Positions 48,418 through 64,000 of a DNA stretch of 64,000 nt are shown here, piece by piece (within the stretch, counting starts at the first letter, position 1; each line of letters starts with the position of its first letter). The DNA is from Guillardia theta CCMP2712 (Eukaryota > Protista > Cryptophyta). Location: positions 261,330 through 325,329 of the forward strand of contig NW_005434589.1 in assembly GCF_000315625.1 (NCBI RefSeq), given 5' to 3'. Both the position numbers and the translations under genes were made by a program. The notes beneath the pieces are model-generated. The model worked only from the letters and a program-made list of their open reading frames with translations, did no database searches and had not been told where the DNA came from.

Positions 48418-51400
48418 ATGCACGACAAAGGATTTCATTCCAAGGGTAGCCAAGGAGGAGGGAGCGAGAGAGCAAGGAGAGGAGTTCCTTCTTTTTGAAA
48501 GAGCTTGCAACCAAAAATCCTGAGGACAGCATGATGCAAAGACATCAAGAAAATCAAGAGTTCCAGCCTGGGGAACCTGGCTACATTTCGCCCGACTCTA
48601 CCCCGAAGAGGTCTGTTCTGGACAAGATCAAGTTGTTTCACCAGGTTGTTGTGGAACCAAAGCTAATCGTGCCTTCTGTCTGATTGAGTTGCACCCAACA
48701 GAAAGTTTCTGACTCCGAAGAAACCAATCAACCTTCGAAGAAATGGGAAGTGAGCAAAAAGGCGGAGAATTCTTCTGGAAACAAAGCATCGCGCTCGAAA
48801 GAGACGAGTGCTTCTTGTCAAGTTGCGGTAACTTGTGTTGAGGCTCGTGAAGTACCTCTCCTTCCGGGGGATCCGCTGCCCAACAGGTTCGGTTCTGCGA
48901 TCTCCGGTTCGCATCATCCTTCCTAATTGAGATGGTGTGACGACAGTTGTTGCCGAGTTTCTCTCATAGCTCCGGGAATAGAGCCCGTATCGTCTGATAC
49001 CAAGGTAGGACATCATCGTTCCTCTACCTTCTGCTCATGAAACTTGCAGATCGTTCGAGGATCGGTCTCCCCCAAGTGGAAGGAACGGTTGATCTTTGGG
49101 ATAGAGGAGGTTGGTTGTGCAGGTAGCGGATAGAGGTTGAGAGCATCTGCTGCTGGCAGGACCTTGTAAAGTGGACCTGCATTCGTATCGAACTCGTCGG
49201 AGTGTCGGAGAATGGGGAAACTGTATCTCCAGTGATCCTCATGATCGATTTGCGGTGACGGTGAATGTCAGGTAAACCATGGGAAGATCCGCTTGATTCA
49301 CGTCTCTGAGTTGCAAGATCAAGCCTGGGTTGCTGGATGGTTTGAGGTTGTTCTTGCTGTCTGCATGCTCCATGTATCCATTCTCACCTCACGCAGCTGT
49401 ACGACGAGGATGAGAACCCTGTGGGCAAGTCTGCAATACGAGTTACCATACGCTTCAACAGGCAGCAAGCCAAAGGTTCGAGAGAGTTGTTGCAGCATCT
49501 GACAGACTAGGTTGACTGACTGTGCCGTGTGATCTGTTGCAAATCATCAGAATCTGTAAATATGCCAGTGGTTTCAAGTAAAGAAGTCACGGATCCGTCG
49601 TCTGAAAATTCAGGCGGAGGGAGTCCATACTCGTGCAGCAGCGATGTCAGGTGATCATCGTCTCTCCTTACCCTCTGGTGGGTCACTCAACTGTTTACAG
49701 CAAATCTCCTTCGGGCCCGAAGACTCAATTCTCATCCAGAGGAAGCCAGCCAGCATATCCTTCTCTCACCAGCAGTGCTGCGGATCGAGATGGTCAGGAA
49801 CCTGCCGGAGAAATGAATGACTTTGGGACACCCAAGAATCACAAGCTGCCTTGCAAGAGTGACGCTGATGAATGTCAAGCAAATCTGACTGACGAGAGGT
49901 GATCGAGCGATTTGTTCTCGCGAATGCTCAGCGATGTGAGTAGGACGCCTTCACCCCGTCCACATCGGGCGAACTTAAATTCCAAGGAAGCTAAGCATAC
50001 TCCCAGCAAGCAAATTTCACCAAAACAAAGAAACGTGGAGATAGACAGCGACAGCAACAAAAAGGATCTTTCTCGAAGTCCGTTTCAGGCATTTCATCTC
50101 TTCATTTTCGCTTCATGGCCTGATGCTTCTCTATCAGTTGCTTAAAAACGTGTGGGAAGTGGATAGCGAGGACGAAGTAATGGATGATCAATTTCATCTC
50201 ACCACTACGTGCTTCTAACAAGTCTTCTGTCTAGGATGAGAGCCATCAACTCGAGGGAAAGGACAAGTTTGCGACTTGTGAGTCGAACTTACAAGCAACA
50301 CATGGCCAGCTAGAAGGGTACAAGAGTCATTCGCAAGCTCCTGAACGCTCCGAGGCTGACAGCATATTGTCATCACAAAAATCATCACAGAACATTGGTT
50401 CCGTTGGAGACTTTGGTATGGACGGATTTAATGACTTCAAAAATCTGAAAATCTTTCCAACAACAGCCTCCAGTAGTAAGTTGTACGCGCACAGTGCATC
50501 GAGTGGTAAACAGGCCCCTCCATCGACGCCGACGAACTTTCAAACCTCCTCGACTAAAGAGGTGGTGGGAGGACAAGATGGGGCAGCGGATGCAGGGCAA
50601 GTGAGGGGCCAGACTGAGTCGTCGGGCCCCTCCAGTGCAGAGACTCGAAGAATGCCTTGGGCTCAGCGAGAACAAGTTTGACGTGGGGAAATTGATTGAT
50701 TGCGATGACAAGAGTACAGATTCGAAGACTCAAAAGTCAAGTTGCCCAGCTGCAAGCTAGACTTTTGGAGAAGGTGATTTTCATGTTGAATTGTCAGAGT
50801 GGATGACTGAGTCGGGTCAGGAGCAAGAGCTGACGGTGGAGCGTGAGAAATCAGGACAGGCGGAAGAGAGGTACAAGTGCTATTGACTGCCTTTTAATGT
50901 CCTGAACGACTATCGGATACAGAGCAAAGGCGATTGAAAGCCATCGCGATAAAGAAAACGACAAGTTGAACCTTCTTCTGGAAGGCTTCAAAGAGTCTGA
51001 GATCAAACCTTGCAGAGATGTAAATTACATCCGACGCCTCCAACAAGAAGTTCAGGCAGAAAGAGCGTTGAGATTATCTGCTGAAAACATGCTGAAGTAC
51101 GCGGGCAGCAAATTGTTTTCCTCAAGTAAACTCATTCTCGCAGGCAAGCAAATCGAAAAATCGAATCTTTGGATAAAATTATCAACGAGAATGTGCAAGC
51201 ATGGATGGTGTCAATCTCATGATCAAAGGCGTTGAGGGATGAAAAGCTAATACTGATGATCCGTGTTCAGATGTTGGAAGCTGCTGTGTGCGAGAAGATT
51301 TCAAACACACGAGAGGGCACAGGTTTCATTGTCACGTCTTTTCAGGAATTCGTCTGACACTCTCCAACAGCCAGTGAGGCCTTTTCAACACCCTCCGTGG

Positions 51401-51563
51401 TCAAGCTTTCTTCTGTTTGCTTCTCCGACCTTGTGTTTGACATGTAGATTTCAGACTAAGATGGACAGGTGGATCAACCACAAAGGTTCTTCGCGAACTT
51501 CCCCGAAATGGTACGTCCCGCCATTCCCGTTGCTTCCTGGGAAGATGACGCAGCGCAGGAATG
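48418..51563 (+). CDS. C2-domain protein with long Ser/Pro-rich linker and C-terminal coiled coil, multi-exon
   Basis: AVTCVEAREVP..P/..CRVSL..TK/IVRGSVSPKWKERLIF..IRIEL..GWFE/LYDEDENPVGKSAIRVTIRF; C-terminal RRLQQEVQAERALRLSAENMLK. Confidence 0.65.
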
Positions 51564-51723
51564 AGACGACGAGCAGCTCAGTGAGCGAAGAGAAGCGGCG
51601 CGAACATGCTTCCGCATTGCCGGTGGACGATATTTGAGATGTTCGACTAGCAGACAGCTGAAGCAACCTCAACCTGATGGGTCTTGTGATCTCGCACGTG
51701 TCGGTAGGGAAAGTCCGACACTG

Positions 51724-52870
51724 CTACCATGGAATCGGCTCTCGCTCACGATAGAATCCTCCGCTGGGACATTCCGACGGCCTTTCGATCGCCCAGATCA
51801 CGTCGCCTGCATGAGACTGAGACCCTGAGGGGAACCCGGCTATCTCACCTGCGGCCTGCGCGGGCGTCAAGACTCTGTCTCCCTCTCCTGCCGAGCACAT
51901 CCGTGTGTCCACGTCCCCCGGGCAGACAGCGACAGCCCGGAGCTTCAGCTGGCTCATCTCAATCTGGTATCAAGGGTTACTCCCTGCCTGCTCCCTTTCT
52001 CTCCCCACCTCCCTTGCTTGTATCCTTGTCAAGACATTCAGTGCCGCCTTCGACACGCTGTAGGCTGGAGTTGGACCGAACGCCTGTAGGGCCAAGTGAA
52101 AACCCAGCAGCTGCCTGTGGCTATCCAACCAGCTCTTGTCCCCTCAGACAAGTTCCTTCCCATAGCTCCCTCAAAAGGCTTTCCAGGTCGCTCTCGGACT
52201 GGACCTCCTTTAGGAGTCGTTGAAGTTCGCTGAGAGCAGGAATTAGCGCTCATCAACACGATGCAACAACGAAATGCTGGAGCATTACCTGTTCAGACAA
52301 GCAAGCTCCCCATCACCACTCGAAATGTTGATTATGATTCCTCCTCGAGCATTCTCGTTACTTGTTTCTGACATGCCATGCATGAGGAGTTTGGAGAGGC
52401 GCGCTGGGCCGAAAACGTTCACCTAGAAAGATATACTGACTGAAAGCTCTGTCATGAATCATTCAGAACCTGCATTGTCCGCTTGAGAACTTCTCTTTCA
52501 CTTCCAGGAATGCAGATCGCGGCGTTGTTTATAAGAATGTCTGGTAGTTTGAGGCCGGCCCGGCCGTTCGAGCAACACTCAACAAACTCATCTATTGCTT
52601 TCTCATTTGACATGTCTAGTCCATACCAAACCTTTCCACTGGTTTCAATGCTTCTTTCTGTCTCGATTGTTCTCCTTGTGTCTATCACAAAATATCCTCT
52701 CCTTCCTAGCTCGCTTACGATTGCTTTTCCCAATCCCCTTGCACCTCCAGTAACCACAGCGACATACGGTGCATGAGCTATCGATGAGACTCCTGCCCCT
52801 CCTGCCCCTCCTGCCCCTCCCCCTCCCCCTCCCAGGCTCTGCAGCATCATGAAACCAAGGAATCCGAGCA
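51724..52870 (-). CDS. short-chain dehydrogenase/reductase (carbonyl reductase-like)
   Basis: VAVVTGGARGLG, LDMS, DILINNAAI, VNVFG, IINISSG, AVCPGDVDTRM, PSGGFYREREPIPW. Confidence 0.88.
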
Positions 52871-53090
52871 TTGGGCGCTTTGTGGGACTGGAAACCGCAC
52901 GCAACGGCCGCATCGGCCAAATGGACTTGTAAAAGAAACGGAAACAACGGAGATTCTTTTTACTATGGTCAAAGACGGTTACAAAGACGTTATGTGTATG
53001 GGGAAATTGGCGAAGTAGGGGAACACGAGAACCATGCCGATGTGGCGATATTTACCCGATAGAATAAAGGAAGAGAGGAAGATGGCAAGT

Positions 53091-53328
53091 AGTCAGTCAG
53101 TCAGTCAGTCAGTCAGTCAGTCAGTCAGTCAGTCAGTCAGTCAGTCAGTCAGTCAGTCAGTCAGTCAGTCAGTCAGTCAGTCAGTCAGTCAGTCAGTCAG
53201 TCAGTCAGTCAGTCAGTCAGTCAGTCAGTCAGTCAGTCAGTCAGTCAGTCAGTCAGTCAGTCAGTCAGTCAGTCAGTCAGTCAGTCAGTCAGTCAGTCAG
53301 TCAGTCAGTCAGTCAGTCAGTCAGTCAG
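53091..53328. repeat. (AGTC)n perfect tetranucleotide microsatellite followed by (GGAA)n
   Basis: about 59 uninterrupted units between divergent SDR and PIS genes. Confidence 0.98.
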
Positions 53329-53540
53329 TAGTGAGGAAGGAAGGAAGGAAGGAAGGAAGGAAGGAAGAACAACAAGCTGACGGAAGACCGATATGAACAG
53401 GGACTCACTACAAGCATGCAAGCATAAGAGAATAGTTTTAGATACGCAAACAAAAATGGAATGCCAGAAAGTCGTAGTTGAGCATCTGGGCATAAATGAA
53501 TGAAGTGGCATGTAATTCATTTCTAGGATCCGCGCACACG

Positions 53541-54625
53541 ATGGAGAACATTCATCTGTTTGTTCCCAACGTTATCGGGTAAGTTGTGCAGATCTGTATT
53601 AGATTTATTCTGATCTTCTCTCCACCCGAATGTCGATACAGATATATACGTATTGCAACAGGATTGCTCGCTTTTTATTTCTGCGAAGATTGGAAGTTAT
53701 TTTTTGGGTACACAGACTGTCTTCGCAGTCGTTTGCTGACTGTTCGCTCAAGCTTTTATTTTGTATCATATTTTCTTGACTGTCTGGATGGACTTGCTGC
53801 TCGTCATTTTAATCAAGCGACAAGGTTCGGTCAGATGCTTGACATGGTATGAAAGCTCGCTAGAGATTGAGAAACGGGGTAAACAGTCGTTGGTAGGTCA
53901 CGGACAGATGTTGCACGGCGTGTTTGTTAGGGTTGTTGGCGTAAGACATTTGCACGTCTGGAATCTCCTCTCATTTTCATGCAGTCACTTGTATATGAAC
54001 AACTATGCATTTCTGTTCTTCGTCCTACTCTCTTTGGATCTTGCCTCCCATTACTGCCACGTCTACAGTCAGGTGGAGTTCGAAACTTGGCTTCCAACAT
54101 TCTAACTTGTTGGAGTAGCTGTTGGCAGGAACGTCAAGTCACAAAGAGGTGAGTTGTCAGCAAGTGTTTGTGATGAGACTAAAACTTTGTTCGTTCAGCT
54201 TTCAGAAAACGAACATTGGTTACTCAAGCTGTATTACCACAAGAGAATGGTTGTCTAACCCTGGGCAGGCTCCAACAGTCTGGTTGATGTAGCTGGCAGG
54301 TTCTCTTCTTCCTGTGCCTCCTCAACGAGACTTTCTTTGTCATGTGCTACCTCATTCATTATGAGCAGCAGATCAAGGCAACCTTGGGATGGGTAGGTTG
54401 GAGGGTGCAGACGATACCCGAAGATGAGCTTGTGCTGTAGGCCATGCCGTTGATCATGGGCGTATTCTATCTTTGCTTGCCAGGAGCTGTAATCAAGCAA
54501 TACATCAATCTACTGCAGGCAAGGGCGAGTGTGTATGTTTTACGTCTTGACATTCGTTGCAGCTTTTTTCAGGATGCAATAGGATAATTGAATATGACAT
54601 GAAGGAGCGAAGAAAGCAGAAGTGA
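53541..54625 (+). CDS. PIS1: phosphatidylinositol synthase (CDP-DAG-inositol 3-phosphatidyltransferase)
   Basis: LFVPNVIG/YIR, LDCLDGLAARHFNQATRFGQMLDM/VTDR (CDP-alcohol phosphotransferase motif), LDLASH, SSHK, LLKLYY, KQYINLLQ. Confidence 0.95.
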
Positions 54626-54699
54626 TGAAGGAGCGAAGAAAGGATAAGTAACGAAGGAGCGAAGACAGGAGAAGTAAATCTTCGCTTTCCGCTAACGAG

Positions 54700-56583
54700 A
54701 AGGTCTCGGCGCTTTCATGAGCTTGCAGAGCGATGATGAGTCTCAGAATCAAACAAAATTCAAATACCTTCGAGGAGATATTTCATTAAACATTTTCAAC
54801 CCAGTCTTCAATTTTCTTTCTCCATATGTTGTGTTTGGAATTCAAATCGTTTTCCTGATCCTCCCAGGAACTGAGGAAAGTCTTCGTACTTCACTAAGTT
54901 GTCCTGGCATGATTCGACAAACTGCAAAGGGTTTGGAACATGTCAAAACCATGCAAGGGCGAAGATCACTGATATTTGCAAATGGACAACCTGCGAATAG
55001 TTGCAGTGACAGGATGGATCAAAGTCTGAGTCGAGGACGCTTGAGTCTTTGCTCCTCAAATTTTCACAAGGAATCCTTGCTCGGCCAAACTATTCGAAAC
55101 CTTTAAACAAGTTTCCCTAGAAGTGAGGTGTTCTCGCTTACCTTGTCCAAACTCCAACACAGAAAGCCACAAGCGGAGCAGAAAAACTTTCTGTAGGAGA
55201 GTTGATTGGTGTCCTTGTCTCTCCTTGGGAATGTTTGGTCATGATTAGATTAGACAGCGAGGTGATACCGGTACTCCGTCAAACTTTCGTTTCCTTCTTT
55301 GCACACCACGTTTGCTGGATCCAAATACAAGACAAGCCCCACGCTGGCCTCCTGCAGTCTGTTAGTGTCGCAGGGCCAACGGCAGGCGCGGGACCTGATG
55401 CATCTCGCGACAGGTCTCGCAGTGGCAGCGGATCGCGTAGTCGGGAGGAGCCAAGAGAGTGACCTTGACAGACCCGCACGCGCACGAGAAGGGGCGTGGG
55501 AGGTTCTGACAGCGTCGGTTGGGTATCCGAGTCTCAGGCAGCTCGAGCGCAGCGAATCTGCAACGGGGAGTCAAGGATGAAAGGATCAGGACTGACGAGA
55601 CCTGCTCGCCTGACCCCTCAAAACCTCCACGTTGTTGCTGCAGACGCCTGTTAATCATTCGACTTGTCGAATGGCTGGCCATCACCTTCTCTCACTTTTC
55701 GCTGCATTCACAAGGACAGGAACATTGATCTGTAAACAGCCAAGTCAGCTAGAGAAAGGATACTTGACGTCTTTTTACCCGTGTCGGTTCAGCGTTTTCG
55801 TCTGTCTTCACATAGAGACTCACAGCAGTGTACTCCTGGTTTCAAGAGAAGTCAACATGACGAACAGTACGATGTCAACAACCTCCTCAGTCAGCGAAAG
55901 CTCTCCTAGGACATTTTGTTCAAAGTTTACGTCTTCCCGCTCAGAAGCCTCATTCGCCAAATCTGGAACAGCCAACTCCTCCACTGCAACTTTATTCAGT
56001 GCCACACGAATGAGAGTTGAGGAGAATTTACATGAGCTTGACTTCAAGGGAGGGGTCATAAGAAAGCTATCAATGGTTGTTGTCTCTGTTGCATTTCGTG
56101 AGGACGCATCAGCATAGTAGACTCCGTAAGTCACCTTGGACGTCCTGAAAGAAATGTATTTCGCTCGAGCTTTTCTCCTTCCTGCGATTCATTTCTCCTC
56201 GCTCAATTATCTGAGTAAAGTATTCAAACGAAAGATCACATTTGCCTGAAAATCACCTCATCTGCAGAATTCGAAAGATCCAATCCATATTTTTCCTTGA
56301 GGGCATGATTGAGCAAGTTCTCGTTGCCGTAATATTTCAGGATCAATTTCGATGCGACTGAAACTTTCTCTGGGTTCACATGCGAGAAGAATAATTTCAA
56401 CTGATTAGTGAGTTTCGATTCGTCGGCTGTCTTCTTTGCGCCACTTGGCGCTCCACCATGCCTGGAATATTGCGATGAACTTTTTTCTGATGATATTGAA
56501 CTCGGCCTGGATGAATTTGATATCCTAGCCATGACATCGGGGGACGGGGGTTGTGAGGAGAACATAGCAGTATCTGACAACAT
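54700..56583 (-). CDS. GFA/CENP-V (Mss4-like Zn) domain protein with N-terminal helical 'FFxxxNPEK...KYG' domain
   Basis: SCACGSV..CHCETCR..RKFFCSACG..LVKYEDFPQFLGGSG; upstream exon LKLFFSHVNPEKVSVASKLILKYYGNENLLNHALKEKYG. Single-gene model is inferred. Confidence 0.7.
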
Positions 56584-57460
56584 GGGTTAGATATTTTTCG
56601 TTTGTTCTGTGGATATCAATTGAACAATTTGAATGGTTAATCCTTGAACTGTGAATGGGATGAAGTTGCTCACGACCCTTCCGCTGCAAATGCCTTTGGT
56701 ATCACTCTCTGCTATCCCTGTCACTTTTCTCTGTCTTGTGTCAGTCGCCATGCTTGCCTTCCTCCCTCCTCCCCTATCAGACTTTCTCTGTCAACATCTG
56801 TCCCGTCCCTCTTCCTCTTCCTCCCCTCCCCTATCCTCAGTGCCCACTTCCCGAGTCGCTCCCTCCCTCTATGTGCAAGCATTGAAGCATCTGCTGCATA
56901 GATGCTCAGATGTCGTGAGAGAGAATCGACTGCATGTCGCTTGTGATGGCGTTGCTAGTGACTGATCGCAGTAGCGGGAGTAGCGTAACGGCATGCAAGC
57001 TCTACCGGCGAGAACTTATTATTGTCGTGAAACTATCAGCGGCTGTTGGTCATCAGATTGGGTAGGGGGGGGTCATAGTTAGGTACTAAAGTTGTTAACG
57101 AGCGCCCTAGCAGGTGGGGTAGAGGATTTTAGAATTGTTACATTAGTTGTAAGGGTGGGGTACCAATGAGGTCGGAGGAGGTCAAAGGTACGGGTCCCTA
57201 ACGGTGGTAGGGCCGGTAGCGCTTTGGGGCGTAAAGCGCATTGGAGCGGGCCCGGGCCCAGCGACGTATGACGCTTGGCCGGACTCTCCGACTCGAGTCG
57301 CCGGACTCGGGAGGCCCGGGATGCCGGGCCCGGGGCCCGGCGTTCACTGAGTCCGATCCTCTCTCTGACTTGGGGTAGTCAAACCCTAGGGAAAAAAAAG
57401 GGGCAGTTGAGAGCTCTAAGAGGAGGAAAAGGGAAAGCGTTGGGAGGGATAGAGGAGGAG

Positions 57461-62630
<5,170 letters not shown>

Positions 62631-63130
62631 GTCAACTCGGTCGAGCAGCAACTTCACCACCACTTACGGTGAGCGGAAGTAGGAGGAGACGTGCGATGAT
62701 CGCGTCACAGGCACTGCCTTCGACCTCCTGTCCAACTCGAGCGGTCGAGTCTTCTAGTGTGCTGAGGCGGGCTGTGCAGTTAAGCAGCAGCATCAGCTGC
62801 TGTAGTTGTTATCAAACGTGTCTGGCAAAAGATGTTTGGAAGTTCGTTTGCCGTCCATCCAGGTGTGCGAGCCAGGGAGCGGAGCGAGTCGTTGTGACTC
62901 GGAAAGTCCAACCGCAGCCTACGCAAGGGAACCAGTGAGATGAAGCAGGGGGGAGGGAGAGGTGTATGAGATCAAGGAAGAGACAAGTGACAAGAGGTGA
63001 AGAGTTTGGCAGCATGAGGCAAGGACCTGTATCAGACGAAGAGCGTCTTGTCCAGGCATCACCTCTACCCTCACCCAGGTGCTCTCGCGGGGACCCAGAG
63101 TGATGCACCTGCACGCGGGTCAGGAAGCGA

Positions 63131-64000
63131 TCAGATCGCATGATAGCGGCACCCCATCATCGCGTCCTCGTCGGCCAACTTGTGCCTGAGGCTGAAGGAT
63201 CGAACCATCTTTCCTTTGGCGCCTGAGTTGCTCATGACGTACTCCTGGAAGGTTGGGACGACCTTGAACTTGGAGACTGGCGTCACATCCATCCCGTGCA
63301 GATTCTTCGGCACGGTCTTGGTGGACGCGACCCCTTTCCCTCGCACCTGCAGCTTCGTCTTCACCGTCGCCCAGTGGATGTCGAAATGGTTGCTGAGGCG
63401 GCTGCGAGCGTGGGAGCCGAGCGTCACTTCGGTCGCGACTTGCCCCTTGTAGCTTCCATCCAACCCCCCGATGTCTATCAGCGTGATCAGCTTGCACCTT
63501 GCAGAGGAGTCGACATCGACGTCCATGACGTTCCTCCACCTCACAAGCATGATCTTCCTTCCTGTGTGATCTGTGATGGGCATAATTTCTTTGTCACGAA
63601 ATATTGGCACGAAGATGACGTAAGGTTCTTGTTTTGGTCTTGAAATGTGCATTGAAGCCTGTACTTTGCCAAAGATCGAAGTGCTCTTCCTCTCTCTCGA
63701 GTTGTCATCTTCGTAGAGATCAAATGTCTGCTCAGATCTTCGGTCAGATGCTGACAAGACACTTGCCAGGTTGATGTTCGCTGTTCCTACACAGACAGTC
63801 TTTGAAGTATTGAAGACTTTACGATTATTCTGAATCAGACGAAAAATCAAAAACTTGTCGTTTTCGTAGTCAAATCTTTGCTGCAAATCGACTCTTGCAG
63901 GCCATGCAGGCTGAAGAGCACGTATGACAGGAGAGCTGTAAATCACTTCGTCTTCTCTGCTGATGGTAAAAGAATAGGAGTCCTCCTTAGAAACAGGGAT
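63131..64000 (-). CDS. 3' part of gene with C2-like domain (5' end outside window)
   Basis: RFDYENDKFLIFRLIQ..CVGTANINLASVL..FDLYE..FGKVQASMHI resembles C-terminal strands of a C2 domain; long open exon. Confidence 0.55.
   Translation of the reverse strand: MPVSKEDSYSFTISREDEVIYSSPVIRALQPAWPARVDLQQRFDYENDKFLIFRLIQNNRKVFNTSKTVCVGTANINLASVLSASDRRSEQTFDLYEDDNSRERKSTSIFGKVQASMHISRPKQEPYVIFVPIFRDKEIMPITDHTGRKIMLVRWRNVMDVDVDSSARCKLITLIDIGGLDGSYKGQVATEVTLGSHARSRLSNHFDIHWATVKTKLQVRGKGVASTKTVPKNLHGMDVTPVSKFKVVPTFQEYVMSNSGAKGKMVRSFSLRHKLADEDAMMGCRYHAI

Noticed and set aside
53034-53396. ORF with (SQSV)n
   Set aside because: Translation of the (AGTC)n microsatellite

Overview
Gene-dense, intron-rich eukaryotic nuclear DNA. 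Short (~40-55 nt) GT/GC-AG introns, CTGAC branch points, purine/pyrimidine microsatellite-filled introns and a signal-peptide+Phe plastid presequence suggest an alga with a complex red plastid, probably a cryptophyte (inference). There are two 100-N assembly gaps. Recognisable genes: SAM + AKAP7-like 2H phosphoesterase, 2OG-Fe(II) oxygenase, PiT/PHO4 phosphate transporter, RmlD/MAT2B-like reductase, CaMK-type kinase, PAP/fibrillin, YIP1, ankyrin protein, sulfotransferase, C2/coiled-coil protein, SDR, phosphatidylinositol synthase, GFA/CENP-V protein, EF-hand protein and a partial C2-like gene. The dominant unusual object is a ~20 kb gene (about 24390-44315) for a predicted ~6,000 aa type I membrane protein. 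It has a signal peptide, 11 Cys-paired 'YxxCF' repeats and ~22-23 beta-rich repeats of a second type. Cys-rich and discoidin-like domains are nested within that second array, followed by CUB, SEA-like, TM and cytoplasmic regions. Intergenic regions carry recurrent GGGTA(G/C)-rich fields and GC-rich CCGG blocks. Exon boundaries were read by eye and are approximate.
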